From Chiloscyllium plagiosum (lineage: Eukaryota): a DNA stretch of 64,000 nucleotides. Below the pieces are notes generated by a model. That model was given only the letters and a program-made list of their open reading frames with translations. It had not been told where the DNA came from and ran no database searches. Positions 25,015 to 36,176 of the stretch are shown piece after piece. Within the stretch, counting starts at the first letter, position 1. Each line of letters starts with the position of its first letter. Position numbers and translations under genes: made by a program. The stretch is taken from the NCBI RefSeq assembly GCF_004010195.1, contig NC_057751.1, positions 6,250,598 to 6,314,597 on the forward strand. The letters are read 5' to 3'.

Positions 25015-26150
25015 TCATAGGGTAGGTAAGTGGGCAAAAAGTTGGCAAATGGAGTATTGTTTCGGAAAAAGTGAAGTTGTTCATTTTGGAAAGGAGAATG
25101 AAAAGCATAATATTATGTAAATGGAAAAAAACTGCAGAAAGCTGCAGCACGAGGGGCTTGGGATACTAGTGCATCAAACATAAAGACAGCAGACAGGACC
25201 AGTAGGTAATCAGGAAGACTAATGGAATTTTGACCCTTATGACAGTCAGGAAGTCTTACTGCAACACTGCAATGCGGTGATGAGACCACATCTGGAGTCC
25301 TGTGCGTGGTGTCGCTCCTGTTACTTAAGGAAAGATATCATTTCATTGCAGGCTGTTCAGAGATGGTTCATTCAGATGATAACTAGCTGGGAGGGATTGT
25401 CTATGAACAAAGGATAAATAGGTTAGGTATGTACTCTCTGGAGTTGTAAAGAATGAGAGGTGATCTCATTGAAATTTATAGGAATCAAAAGGAGCTTGGC
25501 CGGATAAATGCTGAAATGATGTTGCCTCTGATGGGAGAGTCTACAACCAGAGGGCATAGTCTCAGAATAAAGCGGTGCAAATCTAAGACTGAGATGTTGA
25601 GGAATTTCTTCTGGGAGAGGATTCAGAGTCTTCTGGAGTTCTTTGTGACAGAGAGCTGTGGGGGCACAGTCATGACATCCATATAGTGTAGAAGCAGGAC
25701 AGTCGAACAATCGAGTCCACACATACCCTCCGAAGAGCATCCCACCCAGACCCCGCCCCCCCACCCCCCCATCCTGTCCCTGTAACCCTGCATTTCCTAT
25801 GGCTAACTCACCTAGTCTGCACATTCCTGGACATTTTGGGCAATTTAGCATGGCCAACCTACCTAATCTGAACATCTTTGGACTATGGGAGGAAGCCACA
25901 GCATCCAGAGGAAATCCATGTAGACAATGTGCAAACTCCACATGGGCAGTTGCCTGAGGTTGGAATCAAATCTGGGCCCCTAATGTTGTGATGCACCAGT
26001 GCAAGGCACTGAGCCACTGTGCATCCATCCTTGTCTATTTTTGAGGCTGGCTTAGATAAATTTTCACTCTCTGGGGAATCAAGGATTTTGGGGAAAAGGC
26101 AGGAATGTAGACATGAGTAATGCCAGATCAGGCTCGAGGGGCCGATTTCA
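25015..26150 (+). mobile_element. Old CR1 3' region, interrupted by a SINE
   Basis: WAKSWQMEY...KSEVVHFG, RPHLES, MRGDLIEIY...TRGHSLRIK...RNFF. Confidence 0.8.
25665..26022 (-). mobile_element. tRNA-derived V-SINE (HE1-like)
   Basis: Reverse complement matches 35303-35603 (cacagtggctcagtg..., tggagtttgcacatt, ttggccatgctaaattgcc). Confidence 0.8.
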
Positions 26151-27429
26151 TATGATCCATGGTATTATTCAAAGACTTCAGTAGAATTGCTTCAGCTTAA
26201 ACAATTTCCAGAATTTTCTGACAGAAACCTTGACACACAATTGTTTAGGTCATAAACCCTCCTATGTAAATACAAATCCATTTGTTCTCAAAGTGACACT
26301 CTCAAGCTATTCTGAAAGAAATCACCATGGCTACCGAAATGCCTACAAATGAATGATTAACTCTTTAGGCATACTGAAAAACTTGATGTCACTAATTCAG
26401 AATTTAAATGCGCAACTTAAGTAACATTAAAAGGCACTGAGTTTACATCATAGTGCTGCTGTTGTGGCACAGTTTTCCCTGGCCAGTCGGCATGTTTGGT
26501 ACTCCGTGGTCAGATAGTTGAATTTGGATTATTACAGTGATGTAGCAAAATGAAGCCAGAATTCTTTAGGACCCACCTGAAAAGAGAAAAAACTTTTGTT
26601 TTTGTGTAATTATTTGTTGAAGTTTACTAATCCAGTTTTGAAAAGGAAACATGATGATGCTCTGAAGTCTGGCTCATAGTTGTTGTGCAGTCTCCTGCAT
26701 TCCATTTTATACCCATTTGCTTTTTCATTATAATCAGTAGAAAGAGTAATTTAATCTCCCTGGACACCAAGCTCCTGCTTCTTACTTTGAAGAAGACTGT
26801 CTTCTATGAATAGGGCCAGATAATTATTTGTGATCTTTCACAATACAGAAAACGCAGCGAACAAAAAGTACAATCATAGCATAACAGCAGTTTTTCCTTA
26901 TTTGAATCCATAATTTATTCAGAGGAAAATTATCAGAAATATCAAGTCAAATTTCCAGCTCGATAGGCATTAGCTGTTCAGCTGTGTGTTGCTCAATTAA
27001 GTGAGGAGCACCAGCCAGTATGCAGGAAGTAATGAATTAAACAGAATGCAATTCATTGACAGACCTGTGTGCCTGAAGCCTTCAGGACTATTCATTGCAA
27101 AGCAACTAATGTATTTCTACTTCCTTGCTGACATTTTTCCACTGTATTAAACAAGATGGGGGTTGTGTAATGTAACATAAAGAGATTTTTTTTGATTAAC
27201 TGACTATTACCAAAGTCAATAAATTTTGAGCAGCATGCTTTTATCCATCTTGAAAATTTAGGCGAGCAGTAATATTACACAGATTCTGCGTCGAAGCATC
27301 TTATTACCTGAAGCAAAATAATTTGAAATGCTCTTGTTCTCTATATCTTCTATCAGTACAGACACAATAAGCTCAATTGGCTTTTGTGTTGTTTTAAAAC
27401 TTGGTTTCAGGAAAGAAATTGTATTTTTT

Positions 27430-27730
27430 TAAATTCATTCACAGGATGGAGGCATCCCCAGAGAGCAGTTCAGAATCACCCACATTGCTGTGGATCTGAA
27501 GCCACATGTCGGCCAGACCAGGTTAGAATGGCAGATTTCCTTCCCAAAGGACATTTGTAAACCAAATGGGTTTTTATAACAATGCTCACCATTGGGTTAG
27601 CTTCCTATTCCAGATCTTTCTTGAATTCAAATTTATCATCTACCATGGTGGGATTTGAACCCATGTATCCAGAACATTAAGCTGGGGTTCTGGATTACCA
27701 GTCAAGTGATATTACTGTGCCACTGCCTTT
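27430..27730 (-). mobile_element. SINE-like repeat, same family as 7083-7410
   Basis: ccacattgctgtggatctgaagccacatgtcggccagaccagg...ggcagatttccttccc...gtgggatttgaaccc (B-box gggttcaaatc on the minus strand). Confidence 0.65.
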
Positions 27731-28549
27731 TCTATATTGTATGGGATGAGTATGTGTTTGTGCCGTCACCAAGTCCACTTACGTTCATCATCATAATCGC
27801 GCTTATCTCTTTCACTGCCTTCGCTAATGTTGATGAAAGCCTCATACATTCCTTTATTACCTCTTGACATAAACATTCCATCTCAGTCTTGGCTGGCCTC
27901 CCATGTTCTACCCTGCATGATGTTGAGATCATCCAATATTCTGCAGTCCATTTCCAAACTGCATCAAGTTCTGTACACCCATCAACCATGTCCTTGTTGA
28001 TCAACATGAGTGAAACAATGCCCAGACTTTCAAATTTAGTTTCAAACTGGGTTTTCCCAAGCTCTCACGAAGTGCCTTGCATGTTTTCATTACATTAATA
28101 ACATTTTGTAAGTACAAGTTGTTGTATGTGTTGCATGATTACACTGAAGGCACTATTTAACATGAGTTATTATGATAGCTTTTCTGCCTGTTTCTTCATT
28201 GTAAGGCGAGGAGTATCTATTTGGCCTTTCAGGGATGGTTGGCCTGCATAGCCCCACCTCAGCAAATGGAACAAACGATAATCCTCATTCACAAATTAGG
28301 CTTGAATGAAGATTAACCTCATCTTGTAGAATCCCAATCTTAATTTATTCAAATCGGGTAGCAGTTTGGGTTGTTTTTTGGTTTATTTATTCATATATGT
28401 GTCGTGGGCATTACTCATAATACTCACAGGATGTGTTATCAATGCCTAATTGCTCTTGAGCAGGTGGTGGTGACCTGCCTTCTTGCAGTTAATGGAGTGG
28501 AGGTACAGCCACAGTGCACTTGCTAACTCTTAGTCGTAAAGATGTCAAC

Positions 28550-29285
28550 TGTTATGAAGTCAAATGTGAGTATTTTCTCTTTAAGATTGGAAGTGTTTTC
28601 TGAATTTTTAAAGTAACTTTAACGGACAGCCACAGCTGCCAGAACAGCTAAGAGACAGGCTGTAGAAGAATTGGGTGAACCTGTCTGAGTCGGAAAGAGA
28701 CAGGAGGTGCTGGAGAAACAGAGTGAACGTTGCCAGTCTGATATAAAGTCTTTACAACTGCAGAGGACTGGGAAAAGACAGGTTTCACTCGACAGAAAAG
28801 GAGGAAGGAGGAGCATGTGCAACAGCTGGGATAGATGGCCCAGAGCGAAAAACAAACACAAAGGCAGTACTCAAGATAATAAGGAAGAGATATAGCTGAA
28901 GAGTAGGTGTTAATAGCAGTAAAAAGTAGGAAGATGACCCCAGGGAGATCAGCAGATGTAGGATTGAAGACAGTGGAGAAGACAGAGATTGTGTGGACTT
29001 GAGATTAAGCTAATGTAATGTTTAATAATTGTGCTATTGGAGCAGCAGCAGCATTTTTAGAGAGTTGGGGTCAGATAGTAATTAGTTAAGAAAAAGGGGG
29101 CTTGGATTTGTTAATAGTTTTTGTTTAGTGTTCTTTTGGAAAAGAAATTGTTATTTTTATTTAAATCGTGGAAATTAGGAGTTCTCTTTGACTCCCTCAC
29201 ACTCTTAACAGATTACAAGGCAAGGTGAGCCTTTCTGGGTGTTTGGTTTTATTTAACAGAGGTGTTCAACTTCCATGTCAGAACA
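28550..29285 (+). mobile_element. Putative solo LTR, family C
   Basis: tgttatga...tcagaaca termini, with flanks caac / caag (3 of 4 match for a 4-bp TSD). Single copy in the window. Confidence 0.5.
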
Positions 29286-29304
29286 CAAGGAAGCTGAGTG
29301 ATTA

Positions 29305-29920
29305 GTGAACCAAATGCAGACTGGATGACCACTTTGTGCCCAAATGACCTGGAATTCCCAGTTGCATTCCAGTTCAGTAAACTACCTTGCTCCAATTGCT
29401 GCCCTGGGCTTGCTGCAATATTCCAATGAAGCACTGTGGAAACTCAAGGGACAAAACCTCATTTTCTGCTTCGGCTCTTTACAGTCTCAGGATCTCAGTA
29501 TCGAATTCTATAATTTCAGCAATCGTCGGTATTATGCATGTTCTCCATTTTGGTTTGAATCGTTGCCCCTGACTCCTTGCACAGCCTTGTCTGTGTCTTG
29601 TTTACTTTGCACTGAGTAGAGAGGACCATTCTCTCCCTTTCACACTTCGAATTATGCCCCTTGGCATCTTTTTTCTCTTTAACTACCATTATCAACCGTA
29701 ATGTCTTTTGGATTGGGTCTCCCCAGCATCTCCACTCTTTGTATAAAGTCAACAAAAAAATAAATTCCAAAACATTTCAGTTTCGAAGTAGAGCCATACC
29801 AGACAATTTGAAACATTAATTCTGCTTCTCTCCTCACAGATGCTGCCAGACCTGCTGAGTTTCTCCGCCATTCTCTGTGTCTATTTCAGATTTCCAGCAT
29901 TTGTAGTATTTGGCTTTTGC
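29305..29920 (+). mobile_element. Decayed Neptune-type PLE 3' end
   Basis: Endonuclease C-terminus remnant NEALWKLKGQNLIFCFGSLQSQDLSIEFYNF and pLTR cagatgctgccagacctgctgagtttctcc...gatttccagcat. Confidence 0.7.
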
Positions 29921-30626
29921 TATAGCATAGTGTTTTGATGCTCTGTCTTTTGTAGAAGTCATAATCTGCAATACTGGTTCAATGTAGGGAGTGAATGTTT
30001 AAGGTAATGAATGATGCATTGACTGAATGGATTGTTTTGACCTGGTAATATCAAATTCCTTCAGTTTGTATGGAGCTGCGCTTGTCCAGATCAGTGAGTG
30101 GGGAGAGTATGAAGAGTGTTTTTTAACTTTTTGCATGTGGACTGAAGAAAAAATACTGATTATTTGTGAGTTTTCACAGTAATGTATGCTGTTGGAAAAG
30201 TAGGGTTCATGGACCAAAAGACTGATGGACAAGTTAGTAGAGCTGGAGTGTCAAGAAGCTGGAATCTTTTCCAAATTCATCAGGATGTCAGAGAGTGATA
30301 TTGTCAGATCGATAACAGAATGTCAGTCATTTCATTTGTGGCATCTCACACGCTGAGCAACTAGTTCTTGCAATTTTCATTTATGGAACCTTTATTTGAA
30401 AATTGCATCCGATTTGTTTGGCCAATAAGTAGGACAAGACTGGTTCGATGTTGTCCTTCTTCAGAACTCATCTCGCAGAGCTGCAGGTTTAGTGCAGCAT
30501 TTGGTTGAACTGTTTGACAGTTTTATAGTTTTAGCTTTAGTGGATTAAACATGTAAAGTTCACTGCTTTGGACAATTAATTTGTCCGTGATTTATGGCTG
30601 TGTATACTAAACCATAATTGTTTGGA

Positions 30627-30810
30627 AACAAAAACAGAAGTTGCTGGTGAAGCTTAGCAGGTCTGACAGGATCTGAGGAATGGACACTGAACCCAAAATG
30701 TGAACTCTGATCTCTCTTCACAGATGCTGCCAGGCCTACTGAGCTTTTCAAAAAACTTCTGTTTTTGTGTCTAATTTGCAACATCTGCAGTTATTTTGGT
30801 TTTTATTTAG
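30627..30810. mobile_element. Old fold-back mini-PLE
   Basis: Inverted arms aaacaaaaacagaagttgctg... and ...aacttctgtttttgtgt, with a tail of about 40 nt on the right. Imperfect TSD aattgtttgga / atttatttgga (9/11). Decayed hammerhead ctgaggaatggacactgaacccaaaatg. Confidence 0.7.
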
Positions 30811-32299
30811 ATTTATTTGGAGCTGTGATTTTGGTCTCAGTGTACAGTTGGAACCAATGCTACGTCAGCAAACTGGAACCTCTATCAATGCCGCTCCACA
30901 TGATGGGTAATTTAGCGATTTAATGCTAACAAAAGAGCTCACACTATGAATCTCTAACAATTTGAAGAAAATAAAATATATTCATAATTCTACTCCCAAG
31001 ATTATTCTGAGCACACATCTGCTCTCAGTCAGGAAGCAAGAAAGGTAAATTGAGTTCCTGTTGTTCGTTCTTTATCGGAATGCAGCCAGGTTTTATTTGA
31101 ATCCTTTTAAATGCCAGCCAAACCAGCTTCTTGTCCCCACCCCCCAGGTATGTTTATGACAGGACAAATTTAGAAAACAATTTTCTCTCCTCGTACATAT
31201 CATTTTTACTCATTGTCAAGCTGAAGGATATCACTTCACGCAATAATTTCAGACCATATTGTTCCATCTCTCTTCATAGAACAGGTTGACTTTCCTTTGT
31301 TATACAAATGAAATATCGCATAACTGTTTGTAGAGTTTGGTACTTGGATACCAATTTTATTCCATGTGAGTTCTGGAGCATTTCTGGATGAGCAATCTGC
31401 CCCTGCAAGTGACAAGGTGCTGCATCCTGCATTTCCTTTTTGGCTAGGTACAAGTTGCACTGAGGTTTTGGAGACCTTTTTGCAGTGTGAGCTTGCAAGA
31501 TTTGTCACCATATGTCAGCCACCTCATCCTTTTAGTGACCAACCCCACCCTCACAGCATTGCTCTCATCCAATTCTTACCCCCATCTTTGGACCACTGTC
31601 CCTTCTAATTTCCTGCATGGCTATGAGGCCTGTACATTGCAGTGACTTCCAGAGACTTGAAAGCTTTGCTATGCAGGCCAATAAGTGCCAGTTTGGCTTT
31701 TCCCCTTGCCAGCAACATAATGGCACAGTAACCAGAAAGCCACTCTGTTCATGGCACATGCCTGGCTGTGCACATGTGGCCACATTCTCCCACCCTCATT
31801 GCACTTTACCTACTTGTCCCGAGCTTGATCCCATCTAAATACCCTACTTAAGTCACTGCACTGCCACTAGTGTCTAATGGAGACCCAACAACATGTCATT
31901 GTACAGGAACAGAACATCACACATAGGCAAACAGTTAGATGATTCCAAAGATGAGTTTTTATTTACAACCAGCAAAAGCGAATACCAAAAAAAGCCATTG
32001 ATAGCTGCAGCTTGCCTCAAGAAGGCAAATAAAATGCTGGCATTGTAATGCCAGTTTTACCTTGACTGTTTACCCAAACCAGTGACTGTTTTACCTTCCA
32101 TGATGGTCTGCTGCACCCAGCTGTTGTCTGCTGGAACTAGGTGTTAATCAGGTCCCATCTGGCTTGCAGCACTCAACACAACTGATCTCTGATCTGCACA
32201 AAGACAGCTTCCTCTCCTTGGTGTCCTCATCCACCTTCTTGGCAGACTACGTCTGTTCAGTCAACTCATCAGCATCAATCACATTTCCCCTTTGCCTGC

Positions 32300-33050
32300 T
32301 TTAATTACGTACAGCATAGCTCACTAGGATTATGCAGCACGCTCTGTCTAGTCTGTACAGGAATGACCCTCAAGATTTGTCCAAGTAACAGAATCACACT
32401 TGAACAACCTTGTTGTATGCTCCTCCAAATCTCAGATTGAGGCAGCTTGGTATCTGTATTCTGCATTGGTCAGAGGGTTGTGCAATTGTGTCATACGCCG
32501 TGGGTGCAGTGGGTCGTCCTTGTCCCCCAGTAGCAACCATTATAACATGTTGGCCCCTCGATCACACTCCACAGTAGTGCAAGATGTAGGAGTCATCGCA
32601 GCTGCTACAATAGAGTGCACAGATCTCCGGGAGGAGATCACCTGCACATGAATGGAATAGAACCTGTTTTCTCTGTGATGAATTCCTCATGATATGATCT
32701 GGCCTCACAGTGGGACATGTGATGGCACCCTGCATCTGGGGGAAGCCAGCTATGTTGCCCACTCCTACTACCTGGGCTGCAGCACTAACCTCATTAGTGG
32801 GAAACGAAATCAACTGATGTGTCCTTGCACAGATGACATCAATCAGTATTCTGATACATTTGTGAATGCACAACTGAGGAATTCCACAATAGTTACCATT
32901 ATTCCCTGGGTCAGTTTTCACCCTCACAGCTATCAAGAGAGCTTGTCTTCCAACTCCTGCAGCCTTCAGGTCTTACTCCACCAACTGGTATAGTTCCAAT
33001 GCAGAGTCCTGGGACATGCAGAGCCTGCATTGACACTGTGCCTCACACGT
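32300..33050 (-). pseudogene. PIF/Harbinger DDE transposase remnant (HARBI1-like family)
   Basis: CGIPQLCIHKCI...LISFP...IAGFPQMQGAI, then WLL.GDK.DPL...MTQLHNPLTNAEYRYQ. Frameshifted. Confidence 0.85.
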
Positions 33051-33164
33051 CCTCAAGAAGTATAATTGGTACTAAATCTAAAATTTTTAATTATCAGTCT
33101 TTACACAATGGATAGCATTTCTGGTTTATGACTTGAATACATACAGAGAACATAATCTAAACTG

Positions 33165-33510
33165 AAGTGCCATGCATTGATAAGGAAATGTGTTACTTTT
33201 GGAAATGCTGTCTTTCAGATGAGTCACTAAACCAAGGTTCTGTCCGTGGCAGGATGTAAAAGATCCCTTGGCACTGTTTTGAAGAAGGGGCAGGTGTTCC
33301 ACATTACATCTTCTGACTGATATTTATCCCTCCACAAACAACTAAAAGCAGATTATTTGGTCATGGCCATATTGCTGTTTGTGGGAGCTTGATGCGTGAA
33401 AATTGGTTGTCGTCTTCCCAACCATACGAGAATAATTACACTTTAAAAACTGTTCTTTAGCTGTGAAGTGCTTGGGGATATCCTCCTGAAATGTTCATCT
33501 TTCTTCGCTT
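33165..33510 (+). mobile_element. Deu-SINE (SacSINE1/AmnSINE1-like)
   Basis: gctgtctttcagatgagtcactaaaccaagg...gatgtaaaagatcccttggcactgttttgaagaag...tatttatccctc...attgctgtttgtgggagcttg, resembling the Deu domain. Confidence 0.75.
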
Positions 33511-35069
33511 TCCTCTTGGCCCTGGGGCACAAGTGGTACCAATGTAGCCAAACTGTGCCGAAGAAAGATTTCAGGTATGACAGCAGAATCTAACTTGTTA
33601 GAATGTTCAGTAATGAGCTATTACTAAATCTCTTTGAGATATTTTACCTTCAAAAATGAATGGAGATTTGAAATAATTCTGAATATGAATTGAAAATGTG
33701 TTTGGTGGCTTGACTATGCAAGCAGCTATCTGCATAATTGACATACTGGAGCTTGATTATGTCACACTGCAATTCATAACCATTTAAACTGATTCAATTG
33801 GAATCAGATATTTTTGACCAGGATATTAACGAATGAATGACATTCTTGAGAAGAGCACTGTGATTAATGCAGAATTGCATTTAGACACTGTTTCTGTCCA
33901 ATTCCCCTTTGTTTCTAATTGATTTGGTTTCTAAGTGAATTGGTTTTGAAATGTCAATGCAGATCTAAAGGATAAATGCTACCATCACAGTTGCAATCCC
34001 CATTCATTCTTTCAACCTACAATGTAGTGCTCATCTTGCCACTGCTAGTCATAAATTCAGGCACATGTTCAGAGATGTTATGGCACTTAAGATATCTCTC
34101 CAAAAGTAAAAGTTGCATTTATCTGACACTTTTTAGTGCCTCAGGATATCCCAAAGACCTTGACAGCAAAAGAGTGGTTTTCTTTTCAGAGTACTCATTG
34201 CTCTAATAAAGGAATCCTGACAGTGAAGTTGCACACAACAAGCACACAAACAAGACAACTGAGGATACTTAACTTTATTTAAGACTCCATTCCTGCACTG
34301 ACTGAAATTTTCAGTGCTCAGAACAATGTGGTGAAGTCAAGTTGGAGTGTCGGTGAGTAGCTCACTGAAGGATATTTTGTTGATCTCCCCACCTGCAATG
34401 GATCCATTTGCCAGTGAAGCTCACACGCTACAAATGAGCAAATACAAACATGATCATGAATCACACATTGGCTTTTATGACTGCAGTCATTGACTTACTG
34501 TGCAAACTGTGTAACTCGTGACAGATGCATTTGGTCAGTCCAAATGGTCATCTTCAGAAGTGTGGTCTGTGGTACTGACTGTGGCTAAGCACCACATCTC
34601 CCTGGATAAAATCATTGCATAATCTTGTATTCATCTGGAGCTTATTCCACCTCACCAGTAAAATACTAAGTTGAACCCAGAACTGTTTAAACTGAACCAA
34701 ACTGCAACGTGTGTGTACTCTCAACAACAGCCATGTGTTGACAATCGCACTGTTGGAAAACTGACATCACCTGACTTTTGTCTCTGGGGAGCACTCATTT
34801 TCTGGTGTCAATGATTAGGAAATGAGATGCAGATCCGTTATTTCAGCTTCAAGTTTCCAGTGAACATCTCTGAGCAGCATGGCATGCCGATGTTAACAGT
34901 GCCTCAGGCAGTGCTTCCAGCCTCCTGGCTGCAGTCGCAGTCATTAGGAATCCTAATAAAGGGATGTCAGTGGGAGGTCTCATGCAAAGATGCCCATAAA
35001 TAATATTCTCATCCTTGTTTTCACCTCAGTTATGGAACTGCTCCATCATTCCTTGGAGTTATATTACTT

Positions 35070-35270
35070 TTCATGGAACTATTTTACTGTTCCTTCACTG
35101 TCATTGGATCAAAATCCTGAAACTCCCTCCCTCATAGCAGTGTGGACATCCCGACATCACATGGACTGTAGTGGTTCAAGAATGTGGCTCACCTCCACCT
35201 TAAGGGCGACTAAGGATGGACAATAAATGCTCGCCGACCTAGTGATGTCCACATCCATGAACAAATAAAA
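35070..35270 (+). mobile_element. LINE 3' end whose tail is shared with the 7083-type SINE
   Basis: gatcaaaatcctgaaactccctcc...ggttcaagaatgtggctcacctccacctt...gggcgactaaggatggacaataaatgc...cacatccatgaacaaataaaaa. Confidence 0.6.
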
Positions 35271-35302
35271 ATAAAGTACTCCATTTGATATTCTGTGCCA
35301 CC

Positions 35303-35603
35303 GGGGGCACGGTGGCACAGTGGTTAGCACTGCTGCCTGACAGCGCCAGAGACCCGGGTTCAATTCCCACCTCAGGAGTTTGCACATTCTCCCCGTGTCT
35401 GCGTGGGTTTCCTCCGGGTACTCCGGTTTCCTCCCACAGTCCAAAGCTGTGCAGGTCAGGTGAATTGGCCATGCTAAATTGTCCGTAGTGTTAGGTAAGG
35501 GGTACATGTAGGGGTATGGGTGGGTTGCCCGTCGGCGGGTCGGGTGTGGACTTGTTGGGCCGAAGGGCCTGTTTCCACACTGTAAAGTAATCTAATCTAA
35601 TCT
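35303..35603 (+). mobile_element. tRNA-derived V-SINE (HE1-like), well preserved
   Basis: A box tggcacagtgg, B box ggttcaattcc, V-domain ggagtttgcacattctccccgtgtctgcgtgggtttcctccggg, CR1-like tail gggccgaagggcctgtttcc and (taatc)n. Confidence 0.9.
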
Positions 35604-36022
35604 TGTCACTTCCTGGGTGAAGCAGCTTATCCTGAATTTTTGATTGGACATAATATTAACTGAAACTGATGTTTCCAGCCCTCCAGTTTTATCTTCCCTT
35701 ACAAGTTGAAATATTTCTCTCTGCCTACCCTGCAAGTAATGCAGTGGATCTCTCTCACTACGTTCAGTTCCCAATGCTATCCAGTTTATCTAGTTTGACT
35801 GCCATTTAAGCATGAGCCTGTAAACCTTTCCTTTCCAAATATTTACAAATTAATACTTTCTGAACTGTAATTAGAGAAATTCTTAGGAAGGGGAATAAAT
35901 TTCACTGTTGTCATGAACTGCTTTAGTCTACATGATTCGGAGATGCCGGTGTTGGACTGGGGTGTACAAAGTTAAAAATCACACAACACCAGGTTATAGT
36001 CCAACAGGTTTAATTGGAAGCA

Positions 36023-36057
36023 CACTAGCTTTCGGAGCGACGCTCCCTCATCAGGTG
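36023..36057 (-). ncRNA. Minimal hammerhead ribozyme, mirror copy
   Basis: Minus strand reads CAC CUGAUGA G GGAGC-GUC-GCUCC GAAA GC UA GUG. Confidence 0.78.
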
Positions 36058-36141
36058 ATTGTGGAGGGCTCGATCGTAACACAGAATTTATAGCAAAACT
36101 TTTTGCTATAAATTCTGTGTTACAATCGAGCCCTCCACAAT

Positions 36142-36176
36142 CACCTGATGAAGGAGCGTCGCTCCGAAAGCTAGTG
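36142..36176 (+). ncRNA. Minimal hammerhead ribozyme, intact core
   Basis: CAC CUGAUGA A GGAGC-GUC-GCUCC GAAA GC UA GUG. Helix I is CAC/GUG, helix III is the palindrome AGCU, the triplet is CUA, and predicted cleavage is after 36173. Confidence 0.8.

Noticed and set aside
35303..35375. tRNA gene
   Set aside because: The A/B boxes belong to a SINE head that continues into a V-domain and a CR1-like tail.
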